Source: the human T2T-CHM13v2.0 reference genome, Homo sapiens. Taken from it: a DNA stretch of 64,000 nt. Shown here piece after piece: positions 17,098 through 41,059 of this stretch (position 1 is the stretch's first letter; each line of letters starts with the position of its first letter). Both the position numbers and the translations under genes were made by a program. The notes below the pieces were generated by a model, which saw only the letters and a program-made list of their open reading frames with translations, ran no database searches and was not told the DNA's origin. The DNA lies in the NCBI RefSeq assembly GCF_009914755.1, contig NC_060943.1; one strand, given 5' to 3'.

Positions 17098-17634
17098 TTT
17101 ATTTTGTGCTTCTTTATATGAATTACATTAAAAATCTTTTATAAATTGCAGTCCAGATTCCATGTCTAATACATTTCTTCCATGTGTTACTTGAGTGAAA
17201 ATTTACGGGCTACATAAATATGGCTGTTGTTTGGAAAGAAAATGTTGTGGCATTAGTATGCACACAAGACAATGGGAAGTACGAACTAGGATTCCTGTAA
17301 ATACGAGAAAGGAAAAGAATGCTTTTACTATGTTAGAAGACTTAAAATCACATGAAGTGATTCCAGTCTTTCTGTTGTTATTCCGATGTTTTAGCTATTT
17401 TAGATTTTGGGGTTTGGCTTTTTTTTGTTTCATTGCCTTTCTACATAATTGGATAACCTTGTTAGTATCTGCAGAATGCCCTGATTAGGAAATGTGTTAA
17501 CCCTATGTGTCAATTTGGTATAATTTCATATTGTTTTCATATTGTTTTATGTGGAGTCTTCCAATAAATGTATATTGTATATGTGTCTGTATTTGGTGTC
17601 TTTGATTTCTTTCATCAACATTTTGTAGTTTTAA

Positions 17635-18045
<411 letters not shown>

Positions 18046-18048
18046 TAG

Positions 18049-18353
18049 ATTATTATTATTATTATTATTATTTTGAAATAACGTCTTACTCTGTCACCCA
18101 GGTATAGTGCAGTGGAGCGATGTCAGCTAAGTGGAACCTCTGTCCTGCAGCTTTAAGTGACCCTCCCACCCCAGCTGCCTGAGTAGCTGAGACTGCAGGT
18201 GCGTGCCACCACGGCCAGCTAATTTTCGTGTTTTGTAGAGACAGGGTTTTGCCATGTTACCCATGCTGGTCTCAAACTCCTGAGCTCAAGCAATCCACCT
18301 GCCTTGGCCTTTCAAAGTGCTGGGATTACAGGGATGAGCTGCCATGCCTGGCC
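18049..18353 (-). mobile_element. Alu with (TTA)n tail
   Basis: Alu consensus match. Confidence 0.82.
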
Positions 18354-18381
18354 AGTGAAATATACAAGATTGCTGTATGTT

Positions 18382-18760
<379 letters not shown>

Positions 18761-18784
18761 CTACATAAAATTATTTCACCAGAT

Positions 18785-19725
<941 letters not shown>

Positions 19726-20075
19726 AAGTGCTGCTATTACAGCCCTCAGATACCACATCCAGCCTGTCACTTTTATTTCCTTTTCTTCCTTTATTTCACT
19801 GGCTGGAACTTTTCACACTGTGTGGAATAGTAGTGATAAAAGTGGACTTCCTTGCCTCATCCCCTACCCCTGGGGGAATCTTTATGTCTTTCACCAGAAT
19901 GTATGATGATCCTTTTTAAATTGGTGGGTGATCTTGAGTTGAGGAAGTGTCCAATGACACTGTTTTCCATACCATCTGCAGTCTTGTTTTTCTGAAAAAT
20001 TACTTTTTTTATTGGCAACTGTCAAAAGAGATATTCTCAAGACTTGGAACAAGGGCAGAAACCCCTAGACAGATG

Positions 20076-20393
<318 letters not shown>

Positions 20394-20394
20394 G

Positions 20395-20920
20395 TTTTTT
20401 TTTTTTTTTTTTTTTGTTGTTGTTGTTGTTTTTAATTCATCAGGCTGGAGCAGTGTTTAAACCAATCTGGAGTTACCATTCCAGCTATGGCCACAACCTG
20501 ATCTCTACATCTTGGCCTTCTTCACATTGGCTGGAAGCTGGCTCACTTCACCCAAGGGCGTAGTTTGACGGCATTCATGCTTTCCACAAGTTTGAGCATC
20601 CCTCGCTCCTGGCACTGGCAGTGCCACTCAGCCATGGACTGGGGCATCCACTTGGTCTGGCACTTGTATAAATAGAAGCCGTAACCGACAACCTCGGTGA
20701 GGTCTGAAGACTCCAGAGCCTTCAGCACGAGCATGACCTTGCTCACCTGCTCGATGTAAGGGATTTGAGATCAGTCTGGGCCAAACATGGCTTCCAGCAG
20801 CTGCATCTGGACCTGGAGCACCTCTGGATCTTTCAGGAAGTTTCACCCATGGTGGGATATTTCTACATCTGGGATTGTTCCCAACTTGTAACCCTCACAA
20901 CCAAAACTATGCTCCCGCAT
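20395..20920 (-). pseudogene. DPPA5P1: DPPA5 processed pseudogene
   Basis: Translation [27 protein letters not shown]...QERGMLKL...PWVK matches DPPA5. Intronless, start ATG changed to TTG, frameshift, poly(A) at ~20395-20430. The P1 label is from recall. Confidence 0.88.
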
Positions 20921-20999
20921 GAGCCGGGCCTAAGCGTTCATCAGTATTTTTGATTCCCACCAAATGTATGAAGATTACAATTTCTTCACAGCCTTACTT

Positions 21000-21501
21000 G
21001 TGAAGCAGGTTCACTGCACACTGGTTACCAACGTGTTGGAGTTGAGTGAGAGATAGTCCCATGAACACACAGTAAGTTACATGAAGTGAATTTGTTACAG
21101 ATTGGCAGCAACGACAGCAGATGCCTGGGGTTCATGCATGCTGTTCCCGAAGGCTCAGGAAAACCACCCAGTTCAGATGCAGTCTGCGTGTGTGTTCCTC
21201 CCGCATCACAGCTGAGGGAGCCTGAAAGGCGGCCTGGCCCAGGTTTCATGCTCCAGGGATGCATGGCACGTTGGCCTAAAACAATGAAGGGCATCCTGTT
21301 CTGAGGGGACTGGAACAGATCCTGTCCTTCTCTGGTAAGGATGGACAGGATCCTGTCCTTCTCTGGTAAGGATGGACAGGATCCTGTCCTTCATCTCAGT
21401 ATGTTGCTTTTCTAGCACATTTTATATTCATTCTTGGGAACTACAAGTGAGAAGTCAGACGCAACTGGGCCAGTTCAACCCCACTTGAGTGCTGTCTTGC
21501 A
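21000..21501 (-). mobile_element. ERVL-class solo LTR (MER74/MER54-like)
   Basis: tgtgaagcaggttcactgcacactggttaccaac terminus typical of that group. Confidence 0.5.
21318..21392. repeat. 31-bp tandem repeat, ~2.4 copies
   Basis: Unit GATCCTGTCCTTCTCTGGTAAGRATGGACAG. Confidence 0.9.
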
Positions 21502-21556
21502 GTCTCCCCACCAACCCAGTATCCCCTTTAATAAAGCTAGTCAATTTATGTGTGCA

Positions 21557-21745
21557 CTGACCTTCCTGGATCTGGAGGTAGAGGCTTGTCTCAGGAGATT
21601 GAAGTAATATCTTGACTGGCAGAATCTCAGCGCGACATCACTGAGGTACAGCCAGTTGCATTTCACTAGGCTCAAGAGGATTGCTGCCTCAAGCAGGATA
21701 ACCAGGCCTGCCTGGAACAGTGCCATAGTCCGGGATCCCAGTGAC
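21557..21745 (+). pseudogene. Highly degenerate, apparently intronless KRAB A+B relic
   Basis: LTFLDLEVE..LSQE..YLD..QNL..DI..E..YSQL..SLG directly followed by IAA.KQD...CLEQ...RDP, with several frameshifts. Confidence 0.4.
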
Positions 21746-22386
21746 CTGGGTGAGAAGTTGCTATTCAGGTCAAAGAAAATTTCTTCAGGTGACCCCACTG
21801 TCTCTAGCCAATAGTCCTGCTTGTGGATCTTACGTATTTGTGTTTCAAAACTACCTGAGGTCCTGATGTGGGGTCCTTACCTCCTGTGCACAGTGACTCA
21901 TGCCTGTAATTTGAGTACTTTGGGAGTGTAGACAGAAGGAAAACTTGAGGCCAGAACTTGGACACCCGGCTGGGCAACAAAGTGAGACTCCATCTCTACA
22001 AAGTAATAATAATATATAAAACTAAAAAATTAGCACAGTCCAATGTCACAGGCCTGTACTTCCAGCTACTCGGGAGACTGAGGTAGGAGGTGCCCATGAC
22101 CCCAGGAAGTCAAGGTTGTAGTGAGCTATGATTGTGCCACTGCACTCCAGCCTGGATGTCACAGGTTGATTCCCTGTCTTTAAAAAAAAAAAAAAAGTCT
22201 TAAACTAAATAATTTATACCTATTTTTAAAGTTATTGGCTTTTTTAAAAAGAGTTGGTGACCTGACTTCACACTGACCTTAGTCCTCTATGCCCAAGGTG
22301 GTGTCCCTAGGAAAGTTTCTGGAATTGAGCACAGGGTTGACCTCACCCTCTGGAGTGAATGGGGAATGTAAATGAAAAGTATTTCT

Positions 22387-22737
<351 letters not shown>

Positions 22738-22806
22738 TCACACTTTAGCTTCCATCCCCTTCACAGATAGTTCCAAAGTGTCTTAATTCCTAAAATTTGT
22801 CTTTCT

Positions 22807-23105
<299 letters not shown>

Positions 23106-23204
23106 TGTCTTTCTTTCGTTCTTTCTTGTCTCTCCCTTTTTCTCACACACAGGCACAGACACCTACATTCTTTTCTTTGTTGCACTATTTCTCTCTAGTC
23201 TTAT

Positions 23205-23518
23205 TTTCTTTCTTTCTTTTCTTTTTTTTTTTTTTTTTTGAGACGGAGTCTCACTCCATCGCCAGGCTGGAGTGTAGTGGTACGATTTCGGCTCACTGCA
23301 ACCCTGCCTCCCGGGTTCAAGTGATTCTCCTGCCTCAGCCTCCCGAGTAGCTGGGACTACAGGCGCCCACCACCACACCCAGCTAATTTTTGTGTTTTTA
23401 GTAGAGACGGGGGTTTCATCATGTTGGCCAGGATGGTCTCGATCTCCTGACCTCGTGATCCGCCCGGCTTGGCCTCCCAAAGTGCTGGGATTACAGGCGT
23501 GAGCCACCGCACCCGGCC
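23205..23518 (-). mobile_element. Alu
   Basis: Alu consensus match. Confidence 0.88.
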
Positions 23519-23744
23519 TTGTCTTTCTTTTTGCTTTCTTTTCACGCTCTCTTCTCTCTCTGCTTCCAGAGTAGTTGGGACTTAAAATTTATTGTAATAA
23601 CAGGAATTCTCGTGGATCTAATCTAATCACCAACCGATTTTGCTCTGCCCCAGCAAGATCTGTTTACAGATCTGTTTACAGAAGTGCTGAGCAGATCTCG
23701 CCTCCAAAACCCTAAAACAGGATCGCTGAGTCAGACTGACAGAA

Positions 23745-23927
23745 GCATAGACCCCGCCTTGAGCCCGCCCTGTCCCGGCCCTGCCCTCGGCCCCGGGCCC
23801 GGCCTGTACGATGCGCGCGCAATTTCCTGCAGACCCGGAAGTCGAGATCATGGAGTGAACGTTTCGCGCGCTTTTTCCTGTAGACCCGGCACCCGACTGC
23901 GCGGAAAGACTGTCTAAGCCGCCACTC
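23745..23927 (+). promoter_or_regulatory. ZNF534: CpG promoter and non-coding exon 1 of ZNF534
   Basis: CpG-dense, GC boxes, ETS site CCGGAAGT at 23835-23842, donor C|gtgagt at 23928. Homologous to the promoter at ~48000-48160. Confidence 0.8.
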
Positions 23928-24197
23928 GTGAGTTTGCCTTTGTCTAGATTAAATTTAGGCTGCCCAGTTCCTGTGTGCTTCTACACCCGCGATCTGAGGG
24001 CTCATGCAGACCTTGAAGTCCCGGCACCGCTCTATCCACTCCAAGTAAATTCAGACATTCTCTAGAGAGTCTGGAGGTCGCTTACCTGCGTGTTAAAACC
24101 GCTTGGAGGCTTCTAGGCCGGGCGCGGTGCCTCACGCCTGTAATCCTGGCACTTTGCTATTTTTTTTTCATTTTTTGTAATTATTCAGTCTAGTTGA

Positions 24198-24632
<435 letters not shown>

Positions 24633-24693
24633 TAACCCTTTTTTTTTTCCCTTAACAATGCCCTCCAGGCACATGAGTATTGATTGATGCTGA

Positions 24694-24999
<306 letters not shown>

Positions 25000-25233
25000 T
25001 GATGCTGACAATTTGGATATGCCAGTGAGAAGCTGTAACATGGAGTCTTTAAGGGGAATTAATAGGGTTTAGTACTGATGGAGGTTTCAGGCATCCATTG
25101 GGGCTCTTGGAACATAGTGCACATCGATAAAAGGATTCTACTATAGTCTATATCTAGAATTGAGCACTGTGATCCACAGAGGGCTGAGGGGCCTGTGCTC
25201 TGCATGAGCTTTGGTCAGGGTGAGGTCTGTGCT

Positions 25234-25833
<600 letters not shown>

Positions 25834-26157
25834 AAGTCTGTGCTTTTAAGGGGAGCTTAGTCAAGCCCAGCTCTGCACTGCTGCAGTGTGTGTGTCGCTC
25901 ACCATGAGACAGGAGAGAGTTTTGAGGAAGGGAGTAAAAAACTCACTTGTTGATTTTCCTGTGGGAGATCAACAGTAGGCAGCAGAGGACCATCCTTCCA
26001 GAAGGTGAAGTCTTCCCTTTTTGTGTGGCTGTGGCACAGGAAGTGGGTGTGTTGATTCTAAGCCCTAAACAGCATTATTTTTGATACTAGGATTCACTTT
26101 CAAAGAGACATATTATGCAAGGAAGCAACTCGGAAGAGGAAAGAAAGGAAGTCAGGA

Positions 26158-26172
26158 ATGGCCCTTACTCAG
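26158..26172 (+). CDS. ZNF534: ZNF534 start-exon coding part (MALTQ); full exon 26091-26172
   Basis: ctag|GATTC acceptor; GGA ATG GCC CTT ACT CAG|gtaagg; phase 0 with KRAB-A. Confidence 0.88.
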
Positions 26173-27297
26173 GTAAGGTAATGTTCTCAGTGGATTGTTC
26201 TGTCTCTGTTTCTTCCTGAAATGCCAGGCATTGGAGTTGCTAATCTCTGACTCTGAAGCATCCTGCCTGACTCATTTCATTGCACTTACCCATGGCTTCT
26301 TCCAGTCCCTTTCACTTCCACTTAAGATTCCAGTTCCCTATGACCCAATGACATGAACTTGGGAAGAGGTTCCACTGGGCATGGTCCTGGGAAGTGCTCA
26401 CACCCAGACACGGATGGAGATGGGGTGTGGGCCTTGTGGTGTCAGTGCTGTTGGGCAGCAGGGATTGTTCAGGGGCCACATCTGGATGCACTGTGAGTGT
26501 TCTGTGGACTAAGACTAGAGAAGCTGCATGTGGAATTCCTTTTTTTTTTTTTTTGAGACAGAGTCTCGCACTGTTGCCCAGGCTGGAGTGTGGTTTTGTG
26601 ATCTCGGCCATATAAATGTATATGTGTACTAGTGTATATGAGTGTTAGTATATATATGTGTAAGTGTGTACATGTGATGTGTTTGCATGAGTGCACAGAT
26701 GAGCAAACCTATAGTTTTTATAAATAGCATGTCATCATTATATATATATATATTTTTATCAGTTGAAATTACATCTATTTATCAGGATGTTCAAATTTTT
26801 CTACATTATCATGTATGATGATATGAGGCATCATACCTGATAGTGGCTATAAGAGGCAATGAGGCAATGGCTATAAGAACATTATAGTAATGTATTATGG
26901 GGATATCGATTATATATATGCATATATAATGAACTATTAGGCAATTCCATGTTTTTAATCCTTGAAGTTGTTTTAAATTTACTGAATTAGGTAACTGTCA
27001 ATTTACTTTTGATGCTGATCTGTTACTTAACTGTCTGATTCTTTAGGTTTGATTCTCATGCTCAGACACCTGTGATCTGCTGCTTACTCTGCTGTTTCAG
27101 TTCTCACACCTGGGGCAAGCTAGCGTGTATGTGAAAGAGTTGTCTTTTTAGTAAGATAGGAGCAGATTATTCTTTCATTGGCTTTTGTTGCTGTACCAGT
27201 TAGTTCATGTAAATCATTGAGAATAGTGCCTATCACATGGGAAGTGTTCTATTCAGCCATTGCTGTTGTTATCATCGCAGTTTTCAGATTTTCACCA

Positions 27298-27613
27298 TTT
27301 TTTATTTATTTTATTTATTTATTTATTTTTTTTGAGACAGGGTCTCGCCCTGTCACCCAGGCTGGAGTGCAATGATGCAATCTCGGCTCACTGCAACCTC
27401 TGCCTCCTGGCTTCAAGCCATTCTCCTGCCTCAGCCTCCTGAGTAGCTGGGATTACAGGTGCACACCTCCATGCCCAGCTCATTTTTTGTATTTAGTAGA
27501 GATGGGGTTTCACCATGTTAGCCAGTCTGGTCTCGAACTCCTTACCTCATGATCCACCTGCCTCGGCCTCCCAAAGTGCTGGGATTACAGGTGTGAGCCA
27601 CTGTGCCCGGCCC
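27298..27613 (-). mobile_element. Alu
   Basis: TSD cagatttt(c/g)accattttt. Confidence 0.88.
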
Positions 27614-27642
27614 AGATTTTGACCATTTTTAAAAACCACTAT

Positions 27643-27950
<308 letters not shown>

Positions 27951-28050
27951 GCACTGTAGACATTGTCATCTCTGAAGACACTACTTGTATCTCAGGTAGA
28001 TACTAAATGTCACTTGATGTGTCAAAAATAATACCTAACATTTCTTTCTC

Positions 28051-28349
28051 TTTTTTTGGGGGGGGGAGGGGACGGAGTCTCACTCTGTCACCCAGGCTGG
28101 AGTGCAGTGGCGCAATCTCAGCTCACTGCAATGTCCCACTCCTGGGTTCACACCATTCTCCTGCCTCAGCCTCCTGAGTAGCTGGGACTACAGACCCCCA
28201 CCACCGCGCCTGGCTAATTTTTTGTATCTTTAGTAGAGATGGGGTTTCACCGTGTTGGCCAAGATGGTCTTGATCTCCTGACCTCGTGATCCGACCGCCT
28301 TGGCCTCCCAAAATGCTGGGATTACAGGCATGAGCCGCCGTGCCCGGCA
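28051..28349 (-). mobile_element. Alu
   Basis: TSD taatacctaacatttct. Confidence 0.9.
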
Positions 28350-28638
28350 GTAATACCTAACATTTCTATACAGATAACCCTGGTTTAATTTTTTGTTTGT
28401 ATTGCTTGTATTATCCACAAAATGAGACATCTACTCTGATTTAAAGAATGTCATCACTCCTTATGGAAAAGTATAATAAAACACAATCACAGACACATAA
28501 CTAGCTCAAGAATCCTTTAATGTGGATTTGGCGCAGTGCTCGCTTCAGTGGAGTGAGTCCTTACAACTGTCTTCTCATTCTGTTTGAAGATAAGTACTCT
28601 CTCCATACCCTGTTTTTGAAATGTGGATTTCCTTTTAG

Positions 28639-28857
<219 letters not shown>

Positions 28858-28897
28858 TGACTGAGATTGAAACCTGTTGACTAAGAAATGAAAAGCA

Positions 28898-29447
<550 letters not shown>

Positions 29448-29758
29448 TCAGATATTCTGCTTCCTTCATGATTCATCATTGATGGCACCAGGGCTGAAGT
29501 GTGCATGAAACCTTATGACAGACTTAAAAAATATCCAGTTCCCTGTTTTCTACCCATGTCCTTTTGATTCAGTAGTTCTTGAAAGGGGGCTTGACGTCTA
29601 CATGTTACAATGTTCCCTTAGCATTCAGAAGGAGGCAGTCAGTGGTTGAATTTGTGAAATATTATTCTTGATTAATTTGTAATATGCTGTCTCCTACCTA
29701 AATATAGGGCTTGGACTTTGGAGATGCCACAGCACACATTTATTCTTTCTTTTTGTAA

Positions 29759-29938
<180 letters not shown>

Positions 29939-30189
29939 TGAGAAGGGTCTCACTCTGTCATCCAGGCTGGAGTACAGTGGCAATCATAGCTCACAGCAGC
30001 CTTAAACTCCTGGACTTAAGGGATCCTTCTGGCTTGGTCTTCCAAAGTGTTGGGATTACAGGCTTGAGCCACTATAGTCTGCAAAGCCACACTATTACAT
30101 AGTGTTTGGGAAACTCTGCAAGTGGGTGAATTCTGTGGGAAAACCAAAGCTGAAATCCTTTGAGTTGTGAACAGACATTTTTCATTTTC

Positions 30190-30508
<319 letters not shown>

Positions 30509-30582
30509 TAATTAACTTTCTCAGTTCTTCTTTATCTAGGAAAGCCTGAGTTATTTTTGTAGATGAGTTTTGCTAAATATAG

Positions 30583-30913
<331 letters not shown>

Positions 30914-32012
30914 CTTATTTTTCTTTAAGCACTTTCAGTATCACTTCACTGCCTTCTACCCTGAAGATACCCGCTGCAAAAATACACATAGACTTATACC
31001 GTTTCCTATTATATGTCAAGTCTGTTTTTTTGTTGATGCTATCAAACTTTGTCTCTGTCTCTCTTTGACTTTTGATAATTTCCTTATATTATGTCCCTGT
31101 GTGAATGTCTTTGGGTTAATTTTAGTAATGGTCAAGCTTCTTGAATTTGTATATTCAGTTCTTTCCTCAGATGTGTGATGTTTTAACATTATTTCTTCAG
31201 TTGTGGCTTTTCATCCTTTGTCATCTTCATATGAATCTCCAATAGTTTGTATATTGTTCCACCTTATAGTCTCTCAAAAATGTATTAGGGTTTGTAAGGT
31301 TTTCTTCATCATGTTTTCTTTGTGGTCTTTGGAACTGATACTTTTGAATAACTTATCTTTCAGTTTGCTCATTGTTTTCCATTCCTTTTGCTGTCTGCTG
31401 TTAAACCCCCTAATGGATTTTTACATCAGTTACTGTATTTCAGCTCCAGAATTTCTGTTCTCTTGTTTTTAATGATTTCCCCTGTGTTTGTTATCCTCAT
31501 TCTTTTCACATACTGTTTTTCTGATTTTATTTAGTTTTCTATTTCTGTTATCTTTTAGTTTGGTGTCTGGAATTTTATTTATTTATTTATTTGTTATTCT
31601 TCTAGCCATATTTTCTCATCTTTTCATAGGCCTTGTATGGTAGTTTTTGGTTTAGGTTTGGTAAAACAACCACTTTTTTCAGTTATTTTTTATAATGCGC
31701 AGTGGGAGACCTTAGTTGCTGTAAGGGTGTGGGAACACTCCATTCTTTTCTGGGATGTATCTTTCCTGACTTTGTGAAAGTACTATTACAAATATCTACA
31801 CTGCTGCTCTTAAATATCTTATTTTCCTTAAGAGGCTTATCCCTGCTTTTTCACAGAAGCTGTTAGTTACTCTTGTATTTGTCAGCTTATAATCTCTCTC
31901 AAGCTCTCCCTTAATTCCCCTGACTCCTGCAGATTCCAGATGCTTCAGTAAATCACCTCACTCCCTTGTGTTTTCTGCATTACCAACATGTTATACAAAG
32001 TATGCTGATACT

Positions 32013-32296
32013 GGCCAGGCACAGTGGCTCATGCCTGTATTCCCAGCACTTTGGGCGGCTGAGGCAGGTGGATCACAAGGTCAGGAGTTTGAGACCAGCC
32101 TGGCCAACATAGTGAAACCCCGTCTCTACTAAAAATAAAAAAAGTTAGCCAGGCATGGTGGCAGGCACCTGTAATCCTAGCTACTTGGGAGGGAGAATTG
32201 CTTAAACCCAGGAGGCAGAGGTAGTAGTGAACTGCAATCACACCATTGCACTCCAGCCTGGGTGACAGTGTGAGACTCCATCTCAATAAAAACAAA
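32013..32296 (+). mobile_element. Alu
   Basis: TSD acaaagtatgctgata. Confidence 0.9.
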
Positions 32297-32388
32297 GTAT
32301 GCTGATAATTTCAATGTCTGAGTGAAGTGATGCAGAATCTTGTTTTCTGTCAGTCTTTAAACATGCCAGAATCGGGATTAAGTTCTAA

Positions 32389-34751
<2,363 letters not shown>

Positions 34752-35161
34752 TTATGAAGCCTCACAAAAGTAATAAATATGGCAAAGAATTTCATATGAA
34801 ATCATGCCTCTCTACCCATCTATTAATCCATACTGGAAGGAAACCATAGAAATATAAAGGATACAAGAAGGTCTTCAGGCACATGTTTTCCCTAACCTCT
34901 CATCAAGAGAATTCACACTGGTGATTGACTTTAAACATATAACAAGTGTGGCAAGGTATTCACTTAAAATACACACCTTGTAAACTATCACAGAATCCAT
35001 ACTGGAGAGAAACCTTACAAATGAATGACAGCATCTTCAAATAAAATGCACATCTGGCACAACATTGGAAAATTCATACTGTAGATACCTTTTAAATGTA
35101 GCAAATATGGCAAAGTCAAAGTCACAATTCACATCTTGCACATCAAATAATTCATACTGGA

Positions 35162-35542
<381 letters not shown>

Positions 35543-35554
35543 TAGTGGAGATAA

Positions 35555-35861
<307 letters not shown>

Positions 35862-35891
35862 TGAGAAATCATATGAATATATAGAATGTAC

Positions 35892-36189
35892 TCCAGGCAT
35901 GGTGGCTCACACCTATAATCCCAGCCCTTTGGGAGGCCAAGGTGAGAGGATTGCTTGAACCCAGGAGTTTGAGACCAACCTGGGTAACATAAGGACAACT
36001 CCATCTCTACAAATAATAAAAAATTAGCCAGGTGTGTTGGTATATGCATGTATTCCCAGCTACTTGGGAGGCTGAGGCAGAAGGATCATTTGAGCCTAGG
36101 AGCTTGAGGCTGCAGTGAGTCATGTTTGCAGTACTGCACTCCAGCCTGGGTGACAGAGTGAGACCCTATCTACAAATATAAACAAACAA
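35892..36189 (+). mobile_element. Alu (J-like)
   Basis: Alu consensus match. Confidence 0.85.
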
Positions 36190-36194
36190 TGTGA

Positions 36195-36290
<96 letters not shown>

Positions 36291-36392
36291 TAATGTTCAG
36301 GCTTTACTGCCCATCTTGTAATCCATACTGCAGACAAACCTTACAACTGTAATGAATGTGGCAAGGTCTCAAATTGAAATTCACATCTTGCG

Positions 36393-36490
36393 AATCACCA
36401 CATAGAGAGAAACCTTACAAATACAAATCACCACATAGAGAGAAACCTTACAAATACAAATCACCACATAATGGAGAGAAACCTTACAAA
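36393..36490. repeat. 33-bp tandem repeat (~3 copies) derived from a zinc-finger linker
   Basis: Unit AATCACCACATAGAGAGAAACCTTACAAATACA. Confidence 0.85.
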
Positions 36491-36820
36491 TGCAACACAT
36501 GTGGTAAAATGTTTTAGTCACAATTCACACCTTGGACAGCATCAGATAATTTATTCATGAAAGAGTCCTTACAAACTGTGTACGGAAAGCTCGTCATGAG
36601 TTTTAGCATTAATGAACATCAGAGGTTCCATACTAAGGAGAAATCATATAAATGTAATGTATGTGGCACAGGCTTTCCTGAGGCCTGCCAAATCACTAGA
36701 AATCAAAATATACTTCTCGGATAAAACGACACAGATGGATTGTATATGCTGAGGATATCCAAGGACCATTACTATAGAACATGAAAAGGATTTAATTATT
36801 GTTTTCTTTTTTCCTAAAAG

Positions 36821-37287
36821 TGTTGGGAACAGGCCACCAAAACTGGCCATAAACAAAATCTCTGTAGGACTGTGACATGTTCTTGATGGGCATGACACCC
36901 ATGCTGAAGGTCGTTGGTTTACCAGAATGATGGCAAAGAACACCTGGCCCACCCAGGGCAGAAAAACCGCTTAAGGCGTTCCAGAACCACAAATAATAGC
37001 ATGTGCATTCTGTGCCTTAAGGACATGTTCATGCTGCAGATAACTAACCAGAGCCCATCCCTTTGTTTCCCATAAGGAATGCTTTTATGTAATCTATAAT
37101 CAATAGAAACAATGCTTATCACTGGCTTGCTCTCAATAAATATGTGGGTCAAACTCTGTTCATGGCTCTCAGCTCTGAAGGCTGTCAGTCCCCTGATTTC
37201 CCACTCCACACGATATTTCTGTGTGTGTGTCTTTAATTCCTCTAGCACCGCTGGGTTAGGGTCCCCATGACTGAGCTGGTCTCAGCA
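36821..37287 (+). mobile_element. MER9-type solo LTR (HERV-K HML-3)
   Basis: TGTTGGGAACAGGCC...CTGGTCTCAGCA; AATAAA at 37135-37140; TSD AAAAG/GAAAG. Confidence 0.85.
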
Positions 37288-37859
37288 GAAAGCTACTTTC
37301 CTCTTTATAACTTTCAACCTGAACTTTGAGATCTTGACATATACCTCCTCCTACAGGCCTTTCACTGTGGTCTCTGGGAAAGAATCAAGTGAAAGAATCA
37401 ATAGGATGACAGGGCTGATTTCATTAGCTGAGGATCACTTCTATTCAGCTTCCTGGAAGAAGAACACTGTCTTTTTATATTAAATATTGTCTGATTTAGA
37501 CAGCATGGACATGGGTAGAGAATAACATAAAATGATGACTGCTTGAAGCAGTCATGCTTATTCTTTTCTTGAGTACTGCCCACTCTTTTCTTGACAAGGG
37601 TGCAGTACTTCTGTGCTCTAATAAATAACTGTAAAATAGAGCATGCCATTAAAGGCATGGCATTTTTATGGGAAGAGAATAATTGTTGTTAGGTACTGAT
37701 TACGTGGTAGCAATCATGGAGGGGAAGGGGTGGTCACCTCCTCAATTGAATAGCAATAGTTCCTGTTTAGCAAAGATGGAAAACAGTAGTCTTATTTTTG
37801 AAATGGAAGAGAAAACATGCATTTTCTCTTAAGTCTGAGCACACAGAATGGGAATGTTG

Positions 37860-40370
<2,511 letters not shown>

Positions 40371-41059
40371 CCTAATGATCCTCTGAAAACAAGAATTTTT
40401 CTTATATTTTTCCTTCCATACATTGTAATCCTTATTATATGTATAATTTCCATTTCTTACCTGTGTTACTCCTCTGAAAAACACAGGGAATATATAAATG
40501 AAAGTTTTCTTTTGAGACAAAATTTTGTGACATGAAAATGCACATAACACAATAACTGATATGAACTAGGATCTCTATAATTATGAAAAAGAAGTGTTCC
40601 TTTAAATCTTTAATTCAGTGGAGGTACCAAGTTGATATAAGACGGTCAACTAAAATCTCTTAATGTGGGTGTTTGCTCTCTTCAGGTGCTTGAAATCAAG
40701 TGTGTCTCCAGCATTTGTTGAAGTAAATGAAAATATAATGATAAATAACAGAAAAAGTCATCCCCCACCACATGCCAATTACAGTTTGTGACAAGGAGAT
40801 TATCTCCATGCTCAATCTCAAGGCCATTCTGCCTCTTCTCACTGGATGATATTCCTATTCCCACCAAAGGATATTACAGGGAAACATGACATTAGTGCCA
40901 CTATTACCATGGAAACTGACACCCAACATTCTCCCTTCAGATTTGTCCCCACCTAAAAAAGAGATTTTTGTATGTCAATGGTGCATCCTGAGACCCTGAA
41001 ATTTCACTCACTCTAGAGATTTTTTATACTTTTTGGGCTTTTCTACATACATTATTTTA

